A stretch of DNA of 52,168 bases from a virus (taxonomy: Duplodnaviria > Caudoviricetes), in IMG/VR virus record IMGVR_UViG_3300027917_000058, positions 1 to 52,168 of that record; one strand, written 5' to 3'. Made by a program: the position numbers and the translations under genes. Shown one piece after another: positions 8,453-15,705 of the stretch. The number at the start of each line of letters is the position of its first letter. Position 1 is the stretch's first letter. The notes beneath the pieces were generated by a model. It made no database searches. It was not told the DNA's origin and worked only from the letters and a program-made list of their open reading frames with translations.

Positions 8453-9316
8453 TTATCCGAAGCGACGATCCTTCCCTGTGAGTTGAATTGGGTCGTAAGT
8501 CGCGAGCCTGGAGCGGAACCGCTCCACCGATGCGGCATCCACCCACTTCTCGATTAACTGGTTCCGATTGAGGTTGGAAGTGATGATCGTAGCATGGCCT
8601 TCCCGGGCATCGATGATGTCCTCCACGATTCGAAAAGCATCCGTGGTCAGCTTCTCGGTTCCGGCATCTTCGTAGACCCAGAGCTTCGCCCGTCTTCGCC
8701 GCTCGCTGAACTCATCTACACGTCCTGTCGAGTAGCGATCCTGAAGCTGGGTTATCATGGCCCTCGCCCGATCGTACACCACGTTCCTCGCGTTGAGAAT
8801 CCCCATCTCCATGAGCTTTCGAACCACAGACACGGAGAGTTGAGATTTACCCGTCCCGGTCGGCCCCCAGATGTAGACGCCCCGGATGAATCCCATCGTG
8901 CCTTTGCTCGCGATCTGATCCATGAACTCCTGCATCGTGGATCCCGAAGGGCAGGGCTTCAAGGCTTCGAAGGTGAAGTGTCCATGCAGACGGAGATTGA
9001 TTCCGACCGTATCCATCATCGATAGGACGTTCGCCGTCGTCACCTCTCTGTACTCTGCCTTGGCGGGTACGACCATAACCTTCCGCGCCTTCAGGTAGCA
9101 CGGTCGGCAGATCATAGTACCGTCAGGTTCCCAGGGACCCGGGACTTGGAGCGAGAAGTTGTTACCGCACTCGCGGCAAGTGTACTCCGTGGCCTCGGGT
9201 AGTACTGAATCATCTTCGGGTAGGATCGGGGCGAGCCCCTTCCTCATCTCCTCCAGCCTCTCCTGAAGCTCCTCACACATAGTTGGTTTCCTTGGGCTCG
9301 TATCCTGGTACTTCAT
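8453..9316 (-). CDS. DnaC/IstB-like AAA+ helicase loader
   Basis: GPTGTGKS Walker A, WVYEDAGTE Walker-B-like, TIITSNL, RFRSRL, GKDRR; follows the initiator. Confidence 0.88.
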   Translation of the reverse strand: MKYQDTSPRKPTMCEELQERLEEMRKGLAPILPEDDSVLPEATEYTCRECGNNFSLQVPGPWEPDGTMICRPCYLKARKVMVVPAKAEYREVTTANVLSMMDTVGINLRLHGHFTFEALKPCPSGSTMQEFMDQIASKGTMGFIRGVYIWGPTGTGKSQLSVSVVRKLMEMGILNARNVVYDRARAMITQLQDRYSTGRVDEFSERRRRAKLWVYEDAGTEKLTTDAFRIVEDIIDAREGHATIITSNLNRNQLIEKWVDAASVERFRSRLATYDPIQLTGKDRRFG

Positions 9317-10251
9317 TCCCCCTCCAAATCTTCGGGAAAAAATTCTGGCTGGTTGCTACCGATCCCATCTTTCGAGACGAACGGCTGGGGCTTCCCGTCC
9401 CCCGGCTTCCGTCCGTTCGTATCCGACATCCGTTCTTCCTGTTCGTGGCGACGGATGTAGTATTCCAGCTTTGTCTTCAGGGTGAGGGGATTCCCCGCGA
9501 TCCCCCGGGAGGAGAGGTATCCCAGCTTCTCGTCCGTTGGGCTCACACTCAGCAACTCGTTCACCGCGCTCGCGATGAGAAGCCTCTGGTCTTTCGGTTT
9601 TAGATTGAAGAATCCCTTGGGTCCCGCAGAAGCCCCATCGAACCATGTCTCCACAGTCATCAGGTACCCCCATTGGTTCCCCGTCGTAACCCTGCTCTTG
9701 AAGTAATCCTTGAGAGCGTTCCTGAAGCCGCCCCACCTCTCCCCGGACAGCCGTTCATCTACCCTCGGATCCAACGCACACGGATCTCCCCCCCCAGACC
9801 CCCCCTTCTCTTTACTACTCTCTATTACTCTCTCTCTCTTCCTTATTTCGCGTGTGCGCGTAGTGCCTTCCGTTTTGGCAGGGTCAGTGCCCTGTGCCTT
9901 CCACTTTGGTGGTGACAGTGGTTTTGCTGTGCCTTCCATTTTGGCAGGGTCAAAGAGATCCCCTGTGCCTTCCGTTTCGGCAGTGACAGTGGCTTCTGAC
10001 TTGGGGTTAAATTCGTAGAAATCTGGACTTCCCCAGCCGCCCTTCGTCCGTGAGATCCACCCCGAAGATTCTGCTAAACGCAAGGCGAGAGAGACTTTCT
10101 TGGGTCCAGCCATGTGGAGGATAGTACGGAAACGGTCATTGGAAATCGGGTGTTTTCCCTTACCACGACTCTCGACAAAAATCACCACGCGGACGGCATC
10201 AGAATTTAACGCCATGTCTTCAGAAATTTTTTTCAGGTCCGCGTTACGCAT
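9313..10251 (-). CDS. Phage replication initiator (lambda O-like organisation)
   Basis: N-terminal wHTH-like region, internal DNA iterons, upstream of the DnaC-like gene; likely start ATG 10251. Confidence 0.7.
   Translation of the reverse strand: MRNADLKKISEDMALNSDAVRVVIFVESRGKGKHPISNDRFRTILHMAGPKKVSLALRLAESSGWISRTKGGWGSPDFYEFNPKSEATVTAETEGTGDLFDPAKMEGTAKPLSPPKWKAQGTDPAKTEGTTRTREIRKRERVIESSKEKGGSGGGDPCALDPRVDERLSGERWGGFRNALKDYFKSRVTTGNQWGYLMTVETWFDGASAGPKGFFNLKPKDQRLLIASAVNELLSVSPTDEKLGYLSSRGIAGNPLTLKTKLEYYIRRHEQEERMSDTNGRKPGDGKPQPFVSKDGIGSNQPEFFPEDLEGE
9806..9992. promoter_or_regulatory. Putative replication origin: four iterons plus a strand-asymmetric AT-richer tract
   Basis: (T)GTGCCTTCCrytttGGyrGkGwCA at 9863, 9893, 9928 and 9964, next to a pyrimidine-rich tract at 9806-9848. 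Confidence 0.75.
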
Positions 10252-10253
10252 TT

Positions 10254-10790
10254 CTACCGATCCCAGACGATCTTGGCAAGGTGGTCGCGATGCTCTGGCT
10301 TCGGACATTCCAGACCGGCCAGAGCGAAGAATTGCGCCTCGGTGTCGGTAGCAATGGGGGTCCCATCGTCTATCCGAATGGCCCGCCCCTCACTGTGCTT
10401 GAACCCCTTCTCTTGCATCTTTGTGACAACGTATTTCCCCAAGTCGTGGGGGCCGGTACGGATCGCAAAGATGGAGCCCCAGGTCGCCGGGGGCCAGACC
10501 AAGAAAATGTCTGCGTGTTGATCCGGCTTCGTGAGGTGGACCCGGATGTATCGGTTTCCGCCCTTCACGATGCTTCCCAGTTTCTGGAGTTCCAATCTGA
10601 GCGGGTCGAGTATCGGGGTCGCCTCATCAGAGAAAAGATCCGGGTTCATGTATGGCACCGCCACGATCTCGATGTCTCCAACGAACTCACGCTTCCGGCG
10701 TATCGACCCAGCGATCTCCACCCGTTTCAAGAAAGGCTCGATTCGCTTCACCAGATGTCCAGCCAGCCATTCGGCGTATTCAAGATTCAT
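10254..10790 (-). CDS. Minimal X-family DNA polymerase (palm + thumb only)
   Basis: IAGSIRRKREFVGDIEIV, DIF, IRTGP and TEAQFFALAGL...PEHR match PolX/Pol beta motifs. Confidence 0.85.
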   Translation of the reverse strand: MNLEYAEWLAGHLVKRIEPFLKRVEIAGSIRRKREFVGDIEIVAVPYMNPDLFSDEATPILDPLRLELQKLGSIVKGGNRYIRVHLTKPDQHADIFLVWPPATWGSIFAIRTGPHDLGKYVVTKMQEKGFKHSEGRAIRIDDGTPIATDTEAQFFALAGLECPKPEHRDHLAKIVWDR

Positions 10791-11020
10791 GGTCTGACCC
10801 CTAGCGGACAGATAACGGAATACCATTCCATCTCGGGTTCGTCGGTCCAATTCAGCGGGCCGGAAATGACCCTACAAGCCCCTCGGGGAGGTCGGGCGTT
10901 GATCGGCTCCAGGGAGAGGTCCGTTGACGGCGGTAGGGGCTCCCAGCGGACTCCAATGATGAATCCAGCCATGATGCAACACAGGTATGCGAACAGGAGC
11001 GCCCCCCCCCGGGCTCTCAT
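10787..11020 (-). CDS. Small membrane-anchored hypothetical protein
   Basis: N-terminal hydrophobic helix; ATGA coupling at both ends. Confidence 0.5.
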   Translation of the reverse strand: MRARGGALLFAYLCCIMAGFIIGVRWEPLPPSTDLSLEPINARPPRGACRVISGPLNWTDEPEMEWYSVICPLGVRP

Positions 11021-11280
11021 AGCACTGGTGGCCGGTCGGGTCGGAGTTTCTTCAGGTTCTCCTCGACCTCCGAGATCCGCACCTTCACCTCGGGAAGGTC
11101 GTGGTCCTGAGAGACGACATATCCCTTGATGAAATGAAAGAATCTGTCCAACACCTCCAGCTTCTCTTCCACCTTGAGCGTGTAGGTGAGGTGATCGAGA
11201 TGGATTCTCTTATGAGAGTCGGTCAGCGGGATTGTGCCCCTTGTACCCAGGTTAACCCGCTCTCTCAACTTGTGGTTCAT
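11017..11280 (-). CDS. Hypothetical protein
   Basis: 87-aa ORF with overlapping start/stop in the operon. Confidence 0.55.
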   Translation of the reverse strand: MNHKLRERVNLGTRGTIPLTDSHKRIHLDHLTYTLKVEEKLEVLDRFFHFIKGYVVSQDHDLPEVKVRISEVEENLKKLRPDRPPVL

Positions 11281-11447
11281 GTCACATTCCCTTCCGCCTT
11301 GGCGCGTTCGTATATCTCGTCAATCTTCCACTGGAGCCGCCTCTGCGAGATCAGGACCCGCGCTGTTGCCCGTCCAGCACGGAAACCCTGCCCCCAAGCG
11401 TAGGCAAAGAGCTTCAGATTCCTCCAGAATCTCCTGATGGTTTCCAT
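11277..11447 (-). CDS. Small hypothetical protein (56 aa, below ORF-track cut-off)
   Basis: Read by hand as METIRRFWRNLKLFAYAWG...AEGNVT*; fills the gap with an ATGA overlap. Confidence 0.5.
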   Translation of the reverse strand: METIRRFWRNLKLFAYAWGQGFRAGRATARVLISQRRLQWKIDEIYERAKAEGNVT

Positions 11448-11448
11448 C

Positions 11449-11997
11449 TCAGAACTCCATGTCAGGTACCGGCCACTCCACCTCGTCGTAGAGAGCCGTC
11501 AGGTTGACCTTGGGGAGCGTCACGGCTCCCGGGAGCTTGTAGTGGTGGAGGCCCATCTGGAGGAGCCAAAGGGCATCTGCTTCATCGTGACTATTCCCTG
11601 CGTAACCCAGACGACGAATCGCCTCGCCCACCATCACGATCTTCGTCTCCCCCTTCTTATGGCCGCCCTTTCCGCTGGCGAACTTCTTCAGCTTCGAAGG
11701 TGGCACCTCAACCAAAGGGATCTTTCCCTGATAGAACCCCAATCGGAGAACGCCACCAAGCTCCCCAATCTGGTGTGCCTTGAACCCCTTCGAAAAGGCG
11801 TAGCCCTCGATGATGACCACGTCACAATGGCTCGCCACACCCATGACTTTGGACAGGAGATCCCAGAGACGTTTCGGCCCCCGGTAGGATGACGTGATGA
11901 TCCCAGACTCCCAGCAGCTACCCAGGGCGGGCGCGGGATCGATGTTCCGCGCCCACCCCGTTGCCGTCAGCGATGGGTCAAATGCTGAAATCTTCAT
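11449..11997 (-). CDS. ruvC: RuvC-like Holliday junction resolvase
   Basis: AFDPSLTATGWA, VVIIEGY, ELGGVLRL, PSKLKKFASGKG and DEADAL contain the acidic catalytic residues. Confidence 0.9.
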   Translation of the reverse strand: MKISAFDPSLTATGWARNIDPAPALGSCWESGIITSSYRGPKRLWDLLSKVMGVASHCDVVIIEGYAFSKGFKAHQIGELGGVLRLGFYQGKIPLVEVPPSKLKKFASGKGGHKKGETKIVMVGEAIRRLGYAGNSHDEADALWLLQMGLHHYKLPGAVTLPKVNLTALYDEVEWPVPDMEF

Positions 11998-12452
11998 GCG
12001 ACGATCTTGGATACCCTGGCCTCTAGTTCAATGACCTCATCCTCCAACCCCAGGACTGCGGCGATGGAGCGGAGCCGTGCAATGGAAGCCTTGATTCTCC
12101 CTACCTCCGTCACCATCACGGCGCGAGCCTTGTCCAGATCATTCTGACAGGTAAGGATGCTGACGTACCCCTGCTCACGCTCACCAGCCCCCGGGTCCCG
12201 CACGTATGCGGGGGCCTTCAACACCCTGGTTTCCTCGACCACAACAAGGCTCACCTTACGAATGATCCTTCTGGCCTGATCGAGTCTATGCTGATGAGCA
12301 GCATGGGCGTCATCCCATTCAAACTCCCCGTGGAGTGGGCTGTCTGGGTCCTGGGCATCAGCGACAACGATCTCCGGGGTCAACGTCCCGTTCGCCCTGA
12401 GTAGGCCTTCCAAATGAGCGGCGATCATATCCCTCTTCGCTTCACCATTCAT
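11994..12452 (-). CDS. Conserved phage protein; putative accessory subunit of the RAMP/repeat-array system
   Basis: LTPEIVV..A.DPDSPLH..FEWDD..AA..HRL.QAR..IR motif; start overlaps the stop of the RAMP-like gene (TGATG). Confidence 0.75.
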   Translation of the reverse strand: MNGEAKRDMIAAHLEGLLRANGTLTPEIVVADAQDPDSPLHGEFEWDDAHAAHQHRLDQARRIIRKVSLVVVEETRVLKAPAYVRDPGAGEREQGYVSILTCQNDLDKARAVMVTEVGRIKASIARLRSIAAVLGLEDEVIELEARVSKIVA

Positions 12453-13228
12453 CAGGACGCCACCTTGAAGCCCCGACGCTTGACTTCAGCGTTGAAGAAC
12501 TCTAGCAGAGCTTCGGTTTCATGGTCGAAGGGCGTGGGGTTTTCCAGACCCGTATCCTGGGCCTCGCGTCCCCCCATCTTCTTAATCCTCGCGACCTCCG
12601 CATCCTCCTCCGCGTCAGCGATACGGAACTGACCGAAAGAGCCCTTCCCCTTCTCTGGCCGGTAGTCGCCAAGCCCTACCAGCATACCAGAAGCCGCGAT
12701 CAGTCTCGCGACCGTTTCAGCATTGAGGTTGGGGGTCACAAAACGAACGTGAAAGCGGGCACACCATTGGGGTAGAATTGCGCGAGTCCTGATGTCTGGC
12801 GCACGACTCTGTCCCGCCATTCGGACAACAGCCATGTGAAGCTGCGGCACTCCCCATACCGGCACCGTTGTCTCAACGACCTGCACCAGCCGCCCCAGCG
12901 CAGCCTTCGCCGCGCCGGGGACATCGACACCGGCTTGCATGATGCAGGATTTCACACCCCCACCGGGGAGGATCAAGCGTGTCTCAGCATCCTCCCCCGT
13001 CTCCCGATACACGCTGGCGCGGTACTCAGCAACGGGGTCATGCTTGAGGGTGTTTTCCTTCTCTGCGCGAGATTTCTTTTGTGATGGGAACAGTATTTCC
13101 TTCCGCACCTTCTCACTCATCGCGTTGAAGATGAGCGGGCTGGTGCCGACGATGTTTACCTCAAGGGTTTTTACCGTCAGTTCCAGAACGTCCATCGTCG
13201 TCGTATCCTTCTTCTTCTTAGCTGCCAT
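12452..13228 (-). CDS. Stand-alone RAMP/Cas7-like RNA-binding protein (Vipr-like)
   Basis: N-terminal strand V-IVGTSPL, LILPGGGVKSCI (cf. Cas7/Csm3 IPGS-lKG), RTRAILPQW and C-terminal G-rich loop GLGDYRPEKGKGSFGQF; AGGAG RBS. Confidence 0.75.
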   Translation of the reverse strand: MAAKKKKDTTTMDVLELTVKTLEVNIVGTSPLIFNAMSEKVRKEILFPSQKKSRAEKENTLKHDPVAEYRASVYRETGEDAETRLILPGGGVKSCIMQAGVDVPGAAKAALGRLVQVVETTVPVWGVPQLHMAVVRMAGQSRAPDIRTRAILPQWCARFHVRFVTPNLNAETVARLIAASGMLVGLGDYRPEKGKGSFGQFRIADAEEDAEVARIKKMGGREAQDTGLENPTPFDHETEALLEFFNAEVKRRGFKVAS

Positions 13229-13260
13229 TTTCCTAGCTCCTAGCGTTTGTGTGAAAAAAA

Positions 13261-13772
13261 TGCCATGCCGTGCCCACCCGATCCTTTCCCGGTTCGTCCA
13301 CTCCTTTCCCGGCCACTCCCAGACCGCCCCTCCAATCCGTTCCGTTCCACAATCGATCCCGGCCCTTCCGGTCCCATCATCCCTCGCCGTCCCACGCCAT
13401 CCACTCCGCGTCTGCGTTACCGATCCAGTGCGATCCTTCCAGTTCTAGCCTTTTCAGGCCACCCCCTTCCGTTCCTCGTCTGCGTTGCCACTCCTGTCCC
13501 TTCCAGGCCCAGGCGTCCCACGACCCCCCGCGACTGCGTTGCCTCTCCTCATCGCGCCACGCCATTCCCTTCCCGTCTGCTCCGCATCCCCGCCTCGCCG
13601 CTGTACTACTGCCCTTTCGCGCCAAGCCCTGTCAGACCACTCCTCGCCTGATCGTGCCACTCCCGTCTGAGTCTGCTTCGTCTTGCCTCGCCAAACCGCT
13701 CCCGATCACGCCCGCCCTTTCCCGGCCCCGTACAGCCTCTCCCCTCCGTTCCTTGCCTATCCCTGCCCAGAC
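13261..13772 (-). ncRNA. Pentamer-periodic (GGH-NN)n array; putative multi-unit guide RNA locus
   Basis: Plus strand parses as [DCC NN]n with 5-nt period. Anchors GTCTGC/GACTGC/GACCGC/TACTGC at 13322, 13410, 13478, 13532, 13575, 13607 and 13671. Ends in T7 on the minus strand (13254-13260). The repeat is seen; RNA status is inferred. Confidence 0.75.
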
Positions 13773-14537
13773 CTACTCTTCGTCTTCGAAGAGGGGAAGC
13801 TGATGTCGGTATGTAACCCGGGAACCGATCTCCACCACCCGCTGGAGTTCCATCATCTCGCGGAATACCCGGGGGCCGAAGATTACCGTCTCGTCGTAGA
13901 AGCCGGTGAAGTCTGGCTTCACCATTCTTCCATCACTCCCGACCTGACGGAGTTCGTGGTAGAGGGCGAAGACTCGCTGGAGAGGATTGAGTGTCTTCCA
14001 GTGGTGATAGTTGATCGCGACGGCAGCGACCTTCCCTTCCAGCAGGTATCGGACCCACAGCGGAAGGCTCTTGACGTTGCCCCTGACGGTCTTCCCGCCC
14101 TGGACCCACTTCGCCTTGTTCCTCCAAAGGAAGACAACGTCTCTGGGTGAGACGGTGATCCGCTTGCAGCCCTTCGCCAGAATCTCAGCCATCGAGTGAA
14201 GCCGGTCGGACTCACAGTACTCCTCGTCTTCCTTCCCGGGCCACTCCTCTGGCGGCGTGAATTGCGGGTGGACATCGATGAGTTGGATCAGACCGTTCAC
14301 CGTGGCGTCATGCCCCAGGATGTCAGCCTTCTTCAACTCCGTGTAAACCTCCTCCGCAGTCTTCTTGTCATCTGCGGACGGGGTGGGAGGGACGTACTCC
14401 GGTTGGTCGGGTTCGCCGTCTTCCTCCGGTGGGGCTCCGGTGTCCAGACCCTCTACTTCCGCTTCGACCCCTTCTGCCTCCCTGATCGCTACCTCGGCAA
14501 GGGTTTCCTCTTTGGATGCTGCAACTGTGACCGCCAT
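13773..14537 (-). CDS. Phage metallopeptidase-like domain protein with acidic N-terminus
   Basis: FLW...GKTVRG.VK, W..L...QR..ALYHELRQV and PDF.GF.DE...FG resemble the putative phage metallopeptidase family. Confidence 0.65.
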   Translation of the reverse strand: MAVTVAASKEETLAEVAIREAEGVEAEVEGLDTGAPPEEDGEPDQPEYVPPTPSADDKKTAEEVYTELKKADILGHDATVNGLIQLIDVHPQFTPPEEWPGKEDEEYCESDRLHSMAEILAKGCKRITVSPRDVVFLWRNKAKWVQGGKTVRGNVKSLPLWVRYLLEGKVAAVAINYHHWKTLNPLQRVFALYHELRQVGSDGRMVKPDFTGFYDETVIFGPRVFREMMELQRVVEIGSRVTYRHQLPLFEDEE

Positions 14538-14556
14538 TGTTCGAACTCCTCGTCTG

Positions 14557-14739
14557 TTAAAGAAAAGATGGGCTTGATCCGGTCAACCGCCCTACCGCTC
14601 TCTTGATCGTGATGACACGAGCCATGAGATCGCGATCAATCCATTGCCGCAGAACCCATCGCTTGATGCGTCTGGACGGCAGCGGAGTGGGGGATGACCG
14701 GCGCGGTGGCTCAGTCCGCGTATCGATGACGGGCACCAT
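14557..14739 (-). CDS. Small hypothetical protein
   Basis: ATG with upstream AAGGG; fills the gap. Confidence 0.3.
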   Translation of the reverse strand: MVPVIDTRTEPPRRSSPTPLPSRRIKRWVLRQWIDRDLMARVITIKRAVGRLTGSSPSFL

Positions 14740-14755
14740 CCCTTTCTGGCCTCGC

Positions 14756-15142
14756 TCAACCCCCCACCAGCTTCTCACGTTTCTCCCTCCTCCTGGCTTC
14801 CTCGATCCGTCGCCGGTTCTCCCCTGGGCTAGATCGTGGCGGCTGATGCCGGTGGGGCTTCCCACACATGATGTCCAGGGCAACGAGTTGTCCGTTGTAG
14901 TTGGTGGTGAACCTGATCGGGTCCCCGCATTGATGGCAGATCGAGCGACCGTTCGCCGTATCATGGCCCTTGTATTTCTGGACGTGCTTGACGGTCGCGG
15001 GCGTGGGCTTGCCCTTTCGGTCGTCTATCTTCCCAATCCCACGGTCCCTCCCGACGACACCCTTCGTCAGGTCCGTTCTCGGCCCCCTCCGCTTCTTCCC
15101 CTCGTATTCGTCATCAGATAGAAGGTGCTTCCATTTCGGCAT
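14756..15142 (-). CDS. Basic hypothetical protein with CxxC...C..H Zn-finger
   Basis: CHQCGDPIRF...ALD...PH pattern; GGAGGG RBS. Confidence 0.6.
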   Translation of the reverse strand: MPKWKHLLSDDEYEGKKRRGPRTDLTKGVVGRDRGIGKIDDRKGKPTPATVKHVQKYKGHDTANGRSICHQCGDPIRFTTNYNGQLVALDIMCGKPHRHQPPRSSPGENRRRIEEARRREKREKLVGG

Positions 15143-15196
15143 CTCACCCTCCTTCCTGTGGGTGGCGGTCAGCTTCCACGATACGCCGGTCCTCCA

Positions 15197-15412
15197 TCAT
15201 TCTTTGGCATCGGTGTCCTCCGGTGGCGCATAGTCCGCTTTCCACGATTTCCCGCATTTCGTACAGACGCCATATCCGTGAGGCGCTCCGTGGTCCCAAG
15301 TCTCGACAACCATGTAGCGACACTGAGGGTTCTGGCACGGTGCGCTCCGACGATAGACGATGGCGCTTTCCCATTCGCCGTAGAGGTGGCGTTGGTCTGT
15401 CAGGTCACTCAT
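15197..15412 (-). CDS. Small Zn-ribbon protein
   Basis: CQNPQC...CTKCG; ATGA overlap. Confidence 0.5.
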   Translation of the reverse strand: MSDLTDQRHLYGEWESAIVYRRSAPCQNPQCRYMVVETWDHGAPHGYGVCTKCGKSWKADYAPPEDTDAKE

Positions 15413-15705
15413 CGTCGGCCACCGTGTTTGAAGTGTTCGTGGCTATCCCTTACACCTATACCTATGGCCAAGATGCCACCAATTCCCTGAAGTCCAACCA
15501 ACGGATATAGGGGTGCGAGGTAGAGGGCGCGAATTTGAATACCCTCGTCATTTTCTAGGTGAATCGGGTATGATCGTGTCAGTCGCCACTCCTGATCCCC
15601 TCGCCACCTGTACCGCCACGCCACCGGCTCCTCTTCATCTCCGGCTTTCCGGCGTCCATCTTCGTCCTCCAAGATTTCCAACTCCACCGCCGGATCAAAC
15701 TTCAT
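15409..15705 (-). CDS. Hypothetical protein
   Basis: In-frame ATG (MKFDPAVELE) within ORF 15409..15975; PVAWRYR motif common in phage proteins. Confidence 0.5.
   Translation of the reverse strand: MKFDPAVELEILEDEDGRRKAGDEEEPVAWRYRWRGDQEWRLTRSYPIHLENDEGIQIRALYLAPLYPLVGLQGIGGILAIGIGVRDSHEHFKHGGRR

Noticed and set aside
11002-11010. C9 homopolymer as a phase-variation switch
   Set aside because: The ORF is intact and coupled at both ends as assembled, with no sign of disruption.
13261-13772. Canonical CRISPR array or simple microsatellite
   Set aside because: There is no 23-50-bp identical repeat with unique spacers. The anchors are only 6-9 nt, and the pentamers vary systematically at two positions.
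13247-13803. Pro/Arg/Ser-rich ORFs (13247..13651, 13270..13803, 13377..13625, 13454..13660, 13485..13670) over the array
   Set aside because: They are low-complexity by-products of a period-5 repeat. None has a convincing RBS, and 5-nt periodicity is not codon-compatible.
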